A DNA stretch of 64,000 nucleotides, taken from NCBI GenBank assembly GCA_015680685.1, contig MNCI01002086.1:190781-254780 (forward strand). Direction: 5' to 3'. The stretch comes from Gnetum montanum. Its lineage: Eukaryota; Plantae; Gnetophyta. Shown in pieces: positions 26,555 through 40,017 of the stretch. The position numbers and the translations under genes are program-made. The notes beneath the pieces are model-generated. The model searched no databases and was not told where the DNA came from. It was given only the letters and a program-made list of their open reading frames with translations. Numbering within the stretch: the stretch's first letter is position 1; each line of letters starts with the position of its first letter.

Positions 26555-27865
26555 TGAAATACCATCAAAATTGCATGTTGTAGCCTCTGTAATTCCCATC
26601 CCATGAAACCTAAGTCTAAATTTCATTGTAAATGTGAAAATTGAAATCCATGAGGTGCAATCTCACATACTTTATACTTTTGGACTTGAAACATGCCTCA
26701 TAAGTGGTCAAAGCCTCATCCACTAAGTGAAAAAATCCATATAATGTCTATATTTGGGCTTCAAGGGGGTGGGGGTGTGGGCAGAAGAGGAGAGAGAGAG
26801 AGAGAGGAAGGGTCGTGGAGGTGTTAAAAATGCCATTTGGGATGCCAAAATTAGCATTTTGATGGGTTTTATGGATGGTATAACATTTTCATGGTGGAGA
26901 TGCCCATTCGGGGGTATAACTCACTTACCTCCAACGTTGGGGGATACGACCTCAACTATGCCCCAGTGTGGATGCCATTCCCCTAGCATGGATACCATCC
27001 CCCTAGCATGGATGTCATCCCCTAGCATGGGTGCTGTGCCCCCATTACTATTTTTAGTAAATAGAATGGCTTTAAGATTATGGGGGTATAACACTTACCA
27101 TACATAGTAACCTAGTTGAATTTGGATACTTGCACATAACGTGAATTTGTCAGCAATCAAGATAGGAATTTGCAACAAAATTATAGCAATAAAACCTATA
27201 TAACCCAAGCCTATGCACCATGAAAGGGTTCCACTCCTTGGGAATTCAAGAGCTTTGAAAATTTATTGTAAGCACAAAGTTTTTGAAAGCAAATTTTAGC
27301 ATGAAACCCATAACCTTTGTAGCCATTTTTACCCTTTTGAGATTATGTGTGGTCTTGCATCAATGCTAAGTAGCCTAGGCACTACGAATCCTAGTGTTTC
27401 TCTCCTTGGCATCCCAAAATCCATACACATCTCACCCCCTTGCACCACCAACATTATAGATCTAGTGAAATTTGCAATAAGGTTTCACATTTTTGGGAGT
27501 TCTGGAGCATCCAGATCATGGAGCTGCGGATTCCAAGTACCCATTGAAGTGAACCCCCTTGCTACCTTGGGCACATCTTGTACACATTTCTTGAAATCAT
27601 TCATTATTTTTATAATAAATTTTAAAATTTAGTTTTGGTGTGCAAGTTTAATTTTTTTTTGTATTTCTATGCATTTATTTTCTCAGATTTGCATTGTATT
27701 TTGATATTTTCTATCCTAGGTTATATTCTCTAAGTTCCTAGGTGATCTATTGGACTATCTAAGATACCTTGGATCCTATTTTTTTGGAGGCCCTTGGGAT
27801 AAAGGGTTAAAATAGTTTCCTTGAAATTTTTGGTCTTCCAGCAACTAAATTTTTCAGTCATTACA
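26555..27865 (+). repeat. 3' LTR of element C
   Basis: Preceded by a PPT; TGAAATACCATC...TCATTACA. Confidence 0.92.
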
Positions 27866-30060
27866 ATCACTTGTATTGAATTATCTCATCAAATATAACA
27901 TCTCTTAAAACATGGAATTTATTATTCATTGAATTGTAGCACCTATATCCATTGGTATGAGAATCATAACCAAGAAAGAGGTATTTCTTTCCTCTATATT
28001 TAAGTTTGTTAATGAATTATTTTGGGGTCTTTACATAGCAATGACACCCAAATATTCTCATATGACTCAAGTTAGGAATATTTCTGTATAGAACTTCATA
28101 TGGAGATCTATCTTCATTATTATTGGTGATGATTTGATTAGAAATGTTACAAATAGCTATGGCAATTGTACTCCAATATTGGTTAGGTAGTGAAACATGC
28201 TTTAGTAAGCACCTTGTCATGTCTTGTATTGTTCTATTCTTTCTTTCAACTACTCCATTTGATTGTGAGCTATATCAACATGTGGTTTGATAAAAGATAC
28301 CATTTTCTTTACAAACTTATCAAATTCTTTATTTATGAATTCATCTCTTTTGTCTAAATAGATAGCCTAAATTTTAACATTCATGGAGTTTTTAATTAAT
28401 TTATGAAAGTTTCAAAGTATTTGATAGCTTCATCCTTTTGCTTTAGATTGTAAGTCCAAGTGTATCTTAAGTAGTCATTTACTATGACCATGAACTAATT
28501 TGTCCATCCTACTAAAATAGTGGACATTAGTCCAACAAAATCCATATGTAAAGTTTTTCCTTCTTTACAATGTCAAAGTTGTAAGGAGAATTGGTTTACT
28601 TTCCTTGTATGCAAGTTCCACATTTATCTTAAGGAATATTTGAAATTTTTATTCTTGTAGCTTTTCCCTATTTGATTATTTTTCAATTTTGTAATAGGAG
28701 GTGTGATCAACCCTTCCATTCAAAAGTATAGACTTGCTAAAATCCTCATTATCCCTTTTTCTAACTTCATCTTTGTTTCAAACTTAAGTGGCTTCTATTG
28801 TGAGGACATGCTTTTTTTGAGTAATATGATTACTTATGATGTCTCCTTTTTCATTAAGATAGTCACATTTAAGGTAATATATTCTATTATTCAAGGCTTT
28901 GATTTTTATGATTTCTTTACCATTAGCTTTGTTGATAATGTAGAAATTTCTCTTGAAACTGATACTATTTGCTTCATTAGAGAATTTTCTAATAGAGACG
29001 AGTGTTGGAAATATTACGAATATAATACACATTAGAAATGGTGACTCTTTTTCCATTGTTTAATTTAACTATATAATCTCCTATTTCTTCTATGACTAAG
29101 TATTTTCCATCTCCAATTTTGATGTTGCTAAGATTGTTGTTTACTTTGTAATTTAGAACATAATTTTTGTAGGATGTCATGTGATTGGAGCACCCACTAT
29201 CTACAATCCAAGAATATAACTTCATTTCTCTAATTAAAGGCTACATAATTTCCTATCTCTTCATGAGTATCATTTTGAGATGATTAGGGAGTGTCTCATT
29301 CTATTTGTGAAATTTTTCCATGTATGATATTTTCTTTTGTAGAAGTTACAATATGGTAGTAATTCTTGATCCTATCTTTGTCTTCTAAAATGATTCCATA
29401 TACTTATTTTTCTAGTTGAACCTCTTCCTCTTTCTCTTTTAATTATACCACTATTTTCTTTTGAGTTTGTTTCTTGATCTCTATTTTGATAACTGAATCT
29501 TCCTCTCCCTTTGAATCTTTGTTGCCTACCTCTTCCTCTTTGGTTAGTTATATAGGCTTGATCATCTTCACGATATTGTTTGTTATTCTTTATAATTTGT
29601 AGAGTTTTGACTTGAGTAACTAATTCATTGATGCTAAGCATGTTGAAGTTCTTTGAAAGAGTAATTTTTTTCATCATGTTTTCAAATGTTGGATCTATGT
29701 AGAAAGCTTGAATAACTTTCTAAACTTTTTTCCTGTTGGTATATCCACATTCATATTCATCTACTTTTCATAAGATGTCATATAGTTTAATAAAGAAGTC
29801 TTCAATACTTTCATTTCTTCCAATTTCCAAAATATCAAATTGTTGTTTGTAAATTAGTTATTGCAGTTGTTCATTTTTCAAGCTTTCCTTATATTATAAA
29901 TGGAGATTATTCCATACTTTTTTGACAATAGTATGGATATTGTATCTACTAGAAATAACTTATGAGACACTAGCCAATAGCATCATGAGAGCCAAATTAT
30001 TCTTCTTCTTCTTTGTTTTATATTCTTTGATTTGTAATTCAGCAAAATCTTCAAAATCAT
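27866..30060 (-). mobile_element. Ty1/copia gag-protease-integrase (5' part of the minus-strand copia)
   Basis: WIVDSGCSNHMT (PR); NGVVERKNRTI (INT); FLGYDSHTNGYRCYN...RDVIFDE; RG-rich gag ORF 29372-29677. Continues at 14650. Confidence 0.92.
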
Positions 30061-30183
30061 GAATGAATTCAAAGCATAGGTGGCATCATCTACTTTATTA
30101 ATACATCCCATAAAATTTTTCTGAGCCTCAACTATAGCTAGTCAAGTGGCTAATCTAGGACAAAAACCATGCAATATCAATGC

Positions 30184-31077
30184 TGATGAGTGGTGAGTAT
30201 ATCCTATGCCCAACCATACAAATTACAAGTGTTTACACACAATTCGATTGAATTCTGCAGATCTTGAGTTCCTAAGTATGCTAGTTCTAAGAAGTGAAAT
30301 ATAATCATGATGATCATTGTCTTCCCAACTATACCTATGAAGCTTAGTTGTATATTTAAGTGTAATTGGGGCACATGATTTTTATTATTTTATATTTTAT
30401 TTATCTATGATTGATAAAAAATTGAAGCTCAATTTATTAACCAATTTAACTAATTTGATTACTAATTAATGACTAAGTATCCTAACATAAGCATTTGATC
30501 CTACTTTTCATTCACATCCTAAATGCATACAACATTTTAGGCCACCAAGTGTTAAGTGCTTTTGGGATTACCAAGCACTACATGTTATGCGTGAAGCGAT
30601 CATACTTATGTGTTTAATCTGTTTAGCTTAATTAGCTAATTAACTAAAGTCTCACTTATCTTAATTAATTGTGTAATTAATGAAAATGATAAATGCAAAA
30701 ATAAGTCATTAATTTATTCCAAGTGCTGTAACGTTCGATCAAACAGCTCATTTTATTGTCATTCACACTAGTGTGCTTAGGTACATCAATGCTCAAATAA
30801 AGATTCATACACTTTCTGACTCTTGTTACGAGCAATTAGAAAACTATTCTAACTTTTAAATGACAAGAATATAAGAGCTCTACTACAAATTTGATAAGAC
30901 ATTCCTTAAACATAATGGATGAGAACATATTTATAGACATTATTGGGGAGTTACATTGATGGGGCTTCATAAATGTAGCAAACACTATGTTGACATGGCC
31001 CTGCCAAAGGGGCAATACCATGTTGATGGGGTTGTGTCAATGGACATCCATTGATGTGACACTTTGAAGCTTCATCA
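30184..31077 (-). repeat. 3' LTR of element B
   Basis: Direct repeat of 53277-54157. Confidence 0.93.
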
Positions 31078-31269
31078 TACCTCCACAACTAAATGAAAAT
31101 TCATCCTTGAGTTACCTTTACAAAATTTGGAAGGTATGAGATTATTGACTAATGTTTAACACAACAAACTAACATAATAAAACTAACAACAAAATTAAGT
31201 GCCTGAGTCTACGGATTGACATCATTACAAAATTTGTGGTATTCATGACATAAAATTAAATACCATGAA

Positions 31270-34189
31270 ATGACTACTCAAACTAGACAACACATCCTCT
31301 AATAGCATGAAGATGGTTGAGAAGATCAAATAGTCCCAAGCAATGGAGGTTCCTAAGGTTTTGAAGGATCTTCACCAACTTCAGGCATGCATGGTGGCTG
31401 AGGTAGCTATGGCTATCCTATTGTGGCTATTACCTCCAATGGAAGCTGAAAGGCATCCAGTAATGCCTTCATCTTCTTCTCCTTATGTCAGGAATCATTC
31501 ATAGTCCACATAGCATCACCAATGTGGGCTAGAATGGGGATATCCCATAGATAGTGCATTACTAGGAATAGCTCCTTGACGTTGATGAACTCGGTAGAAA
31601 ATTATTTGCATTTGACATTGAACATCCTAACTACATTTTGCACCTCATGATAGTCATCCATTCTTTTGTCCATGCTCTCAACAATTGATCTCTTATCAAT
31701 ATATTTTCCCTTGAGAACCTCAAGTTTAGCATTTACCTCTACAAGCTTTTGCTTGGTATCCTTATGATGCTTAAATTGGGCTTTATACAATAAGTACAAG
31801 CTGGCTACCTACTTTTCTAGTTCTGACTACAACCATCTAGTAGTCAACATAGCCAAGTTTGCATACCAAAGATTAGGAAGCTTCATATATTTAGTCATCT
31901 CCTTTATCTAAAATTCCTTTAGATGAATTTCTACTTTATTGTATTGATCAATCCGATCAATGATGGGTTGCCATAATTTGTGTCCTTGTTGGAGTTGCTA
32001 GAGGGTCTCATTCACCTTTGCCTTTTCCACTTGGATTTGTTTCTCATTTATTTCCTTCTATAGGCTAACCTAGTCTCTGTAGTGATCTTTGACTCTCTCA
32101 AATTTGAGAGCCTTTGATTTCTAGGTGCCTACCTCTATTACAGTCTTTTCACAAAGGGCATGGACCTCCTCCATGGAGAGGTTTCTATTCTTAGCTACCA
32201 ATCTCCTTAACTCTATATTTTCTTCTACTAGTTGCTCTTGTTGTTGATGGATAAAATTATTCAACTATTGTTTATGTGCATCAATGTTTTGTAGGTGATA
32301 ATTTTCTATAGTTAGATGCACATTCTTCTAGTAGGTCAGATCCAAGGCCTTCAGAATTTTATGCTAGGTTGCCTCTACCAAGGATCGGTAAAAAACCACC
32401 ATCTCCATTGCACCCTTAACCCCTTTCAACCTATGTGAAGCTATTCAAGAGATTCATCTCTTATTAATGTTGGGTTGAGAAATGCAAGGTTGGAAATCTA
32501 GGCTCTCAATTTAGCAACCTTTATAGCTAGGCATTCATTCAGCTCCTTAGTTGTTTCAAGTTTCTCTTCCAATATAATATTCTTACCCCTTGCACCTAGT
32601 AGCTCTGACTAGGTTGTAGCTATATTATTTAGAAGATCAAAGACATCCAAAGTGGTTGCCCAGTTCCTACCAATTGATCCAGTAGTTGTTCATGTTGTGC
32701 TATGGTTAATCTCCCACTTATGGTTCCTGTGGATGTTTACACATCTTTAAGTGTAGTGACATCTAGTATAGACATTGCAAGTGCATTGAGTGCTTTAACA
32801 ATTCTATCAGCAACCACCTCTATTGCTATTTCTTTCTAAAAGTGTTGCATCATCAATATGGTTGCCTCCTCATCCTCCTCTAAGCACATTGCAACAATTG
32901 TGGCATTCCTAGAGATCTCTAGGAATTTCTGCTATTTTGAGAGAGATATCATTACCTCTATAGCACTAGGAGTTAACCTTATGGACAATTGCATTCATTG
33001 GGTAGAGAAAATAGGACCATGTCCCTCCATCAAGCTAACTGCTTAGGCCACATTATTAAAGTGACTCATCATGGACTGGTACATAGATGGGTCTCCACCA
33101 CTCATGCCTACTTGTTTCTCTTTTTTGCTTAAGAGCCATTCTTAGTATTTGCACAATTGTTGGGATATTGCAGTGATGCTCGACACTATTTTTTGAGTGG
33201 TAGGTGGAGGTGGTGGTTATTGCTTCTCTTCTTGTATCATTGTTGTAGGATTTTTATCCTTCATTATCTCTACCCAATTAGTGATTGAAGCACATCAAAA
33301 AAAATCATTAGTATAGTAGATTATTTCTCCCCTTTCGACATAGTTTTCTGATGAGGCATGGAAAGGGAAGTATCTTCCTTCCATGTTCATTCTCCTTGAA
33401 TTACTTCCCTATGTCTAGATGGATTACTTGTATAAGGTTAATAGGAAATCTTCCACTTAGAGTAGCACACACACAGGTACAAAAGGCAGTGATCTTGCTA
33501 GGCCTCATCATGGGATTTAGGTGAAAGGTTGCAATCTTGTAATGAATTATTTCTATCAGTGTGAGCACCTTGTACTCCTTATGGTTGACACCATAGCACC
33601 ATTGAATCCATTCCTTTTTGATGTTGGGATCCACTTACATCGAAATATTTGCAAGATTTGCCCCAGTTTCAGGCAACCCAAGTGCCTCTATAATGGCTTG
33701 CATCGATTAGGACACTGAAATGTTCTTGATCTTGATCATTGAACCATTTTTTTCTATTTTTCCAAAATAGGAACATCTCTCCCATATACCACTCCCCACT
33801 GGAAGTGATAACTGGCCATATGGAAGAGGTCTTCAATTGGTCCTGTACCTCTTAGGTGCTTGCTCCAAGAAAGAGCGAAAGTTTAACTCTTAGAGCACTA
33901 TCTTTTGGACCTTCCTTGATTTGATTTGTTTCAAGAAAGCTTTTGTCAAGGTTACCTCAAAGCTTCACTTATTGAGAGGATGCCTCGTCTCAGTGGTGAT
34001 GTTCTATTACTACCACCTATTCTAGAATCTAACAAATAGACACCACTTTGGTCTCTTCCCTAAGAGGTCCCATGGTATAGGTTATTATTGGTCTTCCTGG
34101 GTTGGTTCTTGGCCCCTTCCCATTCTTAGCCATTTTTTCCTTTATTGAGATGGTCCTCCTTCCTATGTGTATTTGCCTTTTGGTGCCAT
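31270..34189 (-). pseudogene. Athila-type extra ('env-like') ORF downstream of pol, degenerate
   Basis: Starts MAPKGK at 34189; fragments 33401-33634 and a coiled-coil-like stretch at 31602-31799; same strand as pol. Confidence 0.6.
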
Positions 34190-34664
34190 CTATGGTCACA
34201 ACACATCTATGGATTAGTAGATATAATTTGTAACATAAAATTTTTGGATACCTTATCTCATTAATTAGTTACACTTGGCTCTGGTTGGACAATGGTAGAT
34301 TGATTATTTTATTGATTAATTTTTTATTGTAAGTGTTACCAGAGCTTATTAGAAAGGTTTAACTTTCGTAATTTGGTATTTTAATGATGATTCCTTAGTT
34401 AAAGCTTTATGGGAGTTAGAAAAATGTCAAAAAATTTTATGTTAAGAAAAACATGTTTGTGGCCCCCATGACTAACAGCTTACCTTTGGGAGCTATAGGG
34501 TTGAAGAACAAAGTGATTTGGACAAATAGTTATGAAGTTATTGGCTGTAGAAGGTTCTAGGCTCTAAAAATTGCAAAAACTCCTTAGTTGTTTATGAGAA
34601 AATGTGAAAATTTCTAAGGGGAGTCGCATATATATATATATATATAGTAATTTTGCATTATGTC

Positions 34665-34770
34665 AATGGGGCCTCGTATACACATTAGCTCCATCAATAG
34701 GGCCCCATTTATGAGACCTCATAGACACATTAACTCCATCGATAGGGCCACATTTATGGGATCCATAAAA
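34665..34770. repeat. ~45-bp tandem duplication containing CATCGATAGGGCCC motifs
   Basis: ACACATTAGCTCCATCAATAGGGCCCCATTTATG occurs twice with substitutions. Confidence 0.8.
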
Positions 34771-36329
34771 AAAATTCTCAAACTTGAATAATTCAATAAA
34801 TACAAGGAATTTTTGAATGAATTTAGGGTTCATGGAGTCCTAACAAAGCCAAGAATACGATGAAATCATGAAATAGGATCTTTAAAGCTCAAAAAATTGA
34901 AAATTTAATGGAGAATGTGTGAATTAAAGAAAATTCTTAAGAAGCACATGGTCAGATGTAGAAGATGGATATATGAAAGATTGTGATTGCAATAATGCCT
35001 AGGGATAAGGTGCTTAACAAACCCAACCAAGAGATATGCAAATGGGTCCTCCCCATAGTAGGCACATGCCCTATTTTCCCTTTCATAACCTCAACTTAAG
35101 GAGTCCATGGGCCCCATAGGTGATTAATGGTTTATGAAAGTTAAGGATCAAAACCCAGAAGATTTCACCAAAGAATTCAAGTACGTCAAACAAAGACACC
35201 AAACAAGAACATGGACATAGATAATGAGGTGAGTTATGGGTAACATGGATGGATGATGGAGAAGGTGGAATGGAGTTCCAAATTGAGGTCATAAGAAGTT
35301 CCTTTGCGGATTTGTGATTAAATGACCTAAGAAGATCCATCCTTAGTCTAGACCAAAATAAATCACTTTTAGTGACTTCACATCACCACTTCAAGACTGA
35401 TCCATCCCCTCGAGACACATGAGTGCATCCATAGAACAACTACCATTCCTTAAAGAGAAGAAAAAAGAAGTAGGAAGTGAGAGAGGGCCTTAGTTAGAGA
35501 GGAACTTCAAGCATGGGCAACATGTCTTTCTAGTCCCATAACTAGTGCTTGTAGCCCATTTATTTGTCTAAGGGGTGTGCTTTGAATTTCCATCATGTTT
35601 TTTTTATTTTTTCTTTTATTTTAATTTTGTTTATTTATTTATTTATTTATTTTGGAATTTTTGAATGGTAACCACACTATGCAAAGACTTATTCAACTTC
35701 TTGTTATTGGTTGACATAGAATGGTAGGAAATCCATGAAAACACTCATGCAACCAAGTAAGTAGAAGAGTAAAAAGAGTATTAATCCCCCTTGATGTCAC
35801 ATCATATGCAAACATTTGAATCCTTCCTAATTTTGGGAACCACCAAGGTCACAAATTTATTAAAGGTTTATTTAATGAAAGGGACCTCATATTCCCAAAA
35901 GAAGGAAAATCATAGATTTTTGTGGATGGATGGATGTTGTGGACTCATTGTGTATTATATGAAAAAGAAACCATGTCTTAGCCATTGATAAAAAAATTTA
36001 AAAATAGAAACCATACATTAGAAAACAAAAACATTAAGTGTAAACCACCATTAGCAACAACCACAGCACCACTATGTCCTATTGGCATAAAGCAAATTTA
36101 TTAATAGAAATTAGAAAATCACACTAAAATAAAATAAAATAAGGTAAAATATATAAGAAAGTGTAAAATATTAAAGAAAAATTTAAATGTACTAACGATG
36201 GTGTAAAAAAAATTTAGAAAATAGTTGAGGAGCCACATATATGGTTAGCATGGCTAGCCATCTTCCCCATGACTAAGTTGGAAGGAGGAGATTCAAAAGA
36301 TTGAGCATGGTTGTCCATCCATTGAGGTA

Positions 36330-39300
36330 TTTGGTGTACTGGCTTGCTTAGGCTCATGGAAAGGCTTCACTTGTTGGATCTTAACCAACTAATTCTTGTT
36401 TGGAATTTTAGGTTTGTATATGATCATGGTTCCAAAAGAAAAATTTTTATTGATTATATAAGACCCCTCCCACAATGTTAGAAATTTTTTTTTTTTGAGA
36501 AACATGTGTGGGGTTCCAATAGAGGACCTTATCTCTAGGTTGAATTTTGATCCGGTCATGATGCTTTTTGTTGAATGCCTTATGCACTTCATTCAAGGAT
36601 AGGGCTATAGATCAATTTTCATTTAGTACATTTAGGTTAATTAGTCTTTCTTTTTGTACTAGACTTAGGTCAAGGTCTAGGTCATAGGTTGTTGAAAGTA
36701 AATGGAGCTTGGATTGGATAGGTAGAGTTGGTAATTTTCTTTACACTAGCTCATAGGGAGAGTAGCCTATAGGAAGTTTCCATGTTGAGTGGTAGGCCTA
36801 AAGGGCATCATTCAATTTTGTACTCTAGTCTCTCCTATATTTGTCAATAGTTCTTGTTAGGATCTTCATGATCTCCCTACTGGTAGCCTCTACTTGACCG
36901 TTAATTTATGTTCAACCCCCAATAATTACATAAGCTTGCAAAAATTAGCCCCTATAAAATGAGTTCCATTATAAAAAATTAGTGCATGTGGCACCCCAAA
37001 CCTTTTTACAACATTTTGTTATACAAACTGCATAGTAGTGGATGATGTATAGTCGATGACGACTACTACTTTTGTTCATTTTATGCAATAATCAATGGCA
37101 ATGATTATATATGCCTTTCCATTGGACATGGGTGTGATGAGACCCATGAAGTTGATGATTCATATGTTGAAAGTTTTTAGTGGTTGAATCCATTGTTGAG
37201 GATCCTCCATTTGTGCAGTCATCCCACCATCTCGTTGACAGCATTCACAAGATCAAATAAATTGGTGAGCCTCCCCAAAGATTATGGGCCAATATTATCT
37301 TGCCATCAATATTTTTATGGTCATGCATCTCCTTGAATATTTTGCTTTGCAAGGGCCTTCATGAGCATCTTGGAGAATGAAGAATTGATTTGCATCAGGC
37401 ACACACCAATGAACTAGGCCATCAGTGCATACCTTGTAAAGGTGTCCATTGATTTCCATGAAGTGTTTGGCTTGATGAAGAAATTATTATTTCTTCATAT
37501 AGTGCAAATCTTGTGGCATCTCTTGTTTGAGATGATAAGTAAGGATGCCATCATAGCATTTGGATTCTATGGGCATATGTGCGTTAATTACATTGGAAAA
37601 GAGGAGTACATCTGAGAATTGATCAAAGAGGGCTCTCCTTCTCTTTGTTATCCCATTGTAACCAAGAGAGATGGTTAGCAACCATATTCTTAGTCTCCTT
37701 TTGATATATCATTGTAAGATCAAATTTGTGCAAGATCACTAGCCACTATATGATAGGGAGGCTTATTGTTGGCTTGTTCATGAGGAAGTGAATGTCACTA
37801 TGATTAGTATGCATAAATACTTTATATCCAAGCACATAGTACCTAAAATTATCTAGAGCATACACCATCTCCATTAGTTCTTTCTCCATTGTGGTGTGAT
37901 TTAACTATGCATCCACAATGCTTCAACTTCCATAGTGGATGTAATATGGATGTTTCTTATCGTTCAACTACATAAGCATAGCCCTCAAGCCATAATTTGA
38001 TGCATCTATCATGATATAAAATGATTTGGACCAATCAGGTGCTTGTAGAATTAGAGTCTCTACGAGCTTCTTCTGGAGGCTCTAGAATGTTTTTTTTTGC
38101 ATTCCTTGGTCCAAATTAATGGAGCATCTTTCTTTGTTAGCTCAACCAATGGTTTTACGATCTTAGATAAATTCTCTATAAATCGATGGTAGTAACTAAT
38201 GTGTCCAAAAAATGATTGATTATCTTTTACAACTTTTGGTTAACAAGTAATTTCTTGGATGATCCTTATCTTTTGGGATCTACCTTGATCCCTTCCTATG
38301 AAATTCTATGGCCCAATACAATGCCTTCTTGGATAATGAGATGGCACTTTTTTTAATTGAGTTTCCAATTTGTTTCCACACATCTTTTGAGTACTTACTC
38401 AAGGTGGTCCAAGGATTTCTTTAATGTAGTGATGTAAGTGGAGAAGTCATCCATGAAGATTTTTACTATGCTATCAATTTTCTACTAAAGAGATGCTTAA
38501 GACCAGAAATTGGAAAGTGTTAGGAGCATTGCATAGAGCAAAAGACATCTTGCAATATGCAAAGGTCCTTCATGGACTTGTGAATGTTGTTTTGGCCTAG
38601 TGTTTTGGTGCAATTTGGATTTGGTTATAGCCACTATAACCATGTAGAAAACTATAATAGCAATGCCTAGATATGATGTCCAATACCTAATTAATGAATG
38701 ACAATGGAAATGATCTTTGAATGTTTCCATGTTTAATAGCTTAATGTCGATACAAACTTGCCATATGTTGCCTCTTTTTGGCACTATCATAAGTGGGTTG
38801 ACCCACTTGCTATTCACAATGGGGTAGATGAACCCTACCTTAAGGAGTTGCTTAATTTTCTCTTTGATAATTTGCTTCAATTTTTGGTTCAACTACCATT
38901 GTGGTTACCTCCATAGCTTCATGGATAGATCAATATAAATGTGGTGCTAGAATATCTATGGATCAATTCCAGTGAGTTCAAGATATGACAAGGCAAAGGC
39001 TGTTGGCCATTTGTTGATCACTTTCAACAATTTTTCTTTTTTCTCATGAGCAAGTTTGACATTAAGTATGATTAGCTTGCCATTTTTCAAGAATGCATAT
39101 TCTAGGCTAGCATGTAGAGTTTTCAACTCTAGGGGCTCTTATTTAAAATTCTTAGGGATCTCCAACTCTCCATAATTAGTATCATCATTTTCATCATTAG
39201 AAAGTTGGTGATGAACTTGCTTTGGTTCATCCATGCCTATAACATAAGTGCATGTTAGGCTCTTAGTGGGTTCTATGTACATTGTGCTACTTTCAAGATC

Positions 39301-39900
39301 AGTGGTTAACCATTGGGTATCCTCTTGTTTTGTGGCTACTACGTATAGAAACCTTTGAATATCTACTTCATGTGCACACTACTTGCATGCAAAAATAGAT
39401 GCTCTTTTCATGGACCAAAGTTTCTGCATGTAATTGCACCCTATATTATTGTACACAATGCATGGAAATCACTTCTTCTTAATATTTTCAAATGCAATTT
39501 CCTTAGATATTTCCAAGGAAAGATATTTGATGTCCATTATTGCATCAATAGTGCTTAGCCATGTTCTTCCCATAATGATTGAGATGTCCCCTTTACAGTT
39601 CTCAACCTTGATTACTAGGAAATCAAAGGATAAGACCACCCACAAATAGTGGTCACAATGTTTTCTACCAGTCCCAATGGAATAGTGATGGAGTGGTCTA
39701 CCAATTCTAATATGATATTGCTCTTCTAGAGAGGTGGTAGGTTCTAAGCAATATACATCTCATGAGAAATCAAGTTAACATTAGAACCTAAATCAAGAAG
39801 GGCTTTACATGGTTCATTCCTAGTAATCTATAAATAGATAAGAGGACTTACAGGATTTGCTAATTTCCTAGGAAGGTTGGTAGCCTGGATCCAATTAGAT
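36330..39900 (-). pseudogene. Element B pol (PR-RT-RH-INT), degenerate
   Basis: ALLDLGSNVNLI; GFIYPIVNSKWVNPL; IFMDDFS; DASNYGL (RH); INFMGL...AIDY and FGVPHALI (INT); WEGSY. Confidence 0.95.
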
Positions 39901-40017
39901 ACGACATGAGTGAGCATTACATATGTATTTTGGGTAGTATTTGGTTTGAAGGATTTCTGATGGAATGGTTTGTAGAGGATGAGGTAGGAGCAAGGTGGCT
40001 AGCCACCTAAGTGTGAG

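Larger units (their letters stand above)
14651..27865 (+). mobile_element. Non-autonomous Tat/Ogre-like LTR retrotransposon (element C): gag + protease, no RT/RH/INT
   Basis: LTRs 14651-16045 and 26555-27865 (TGAAA...TTACA); PPT AAAGAGAGGCCAA; ATCA on both flanks; splits the copia sequence just after its integrase region. Confidence 0.9.
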
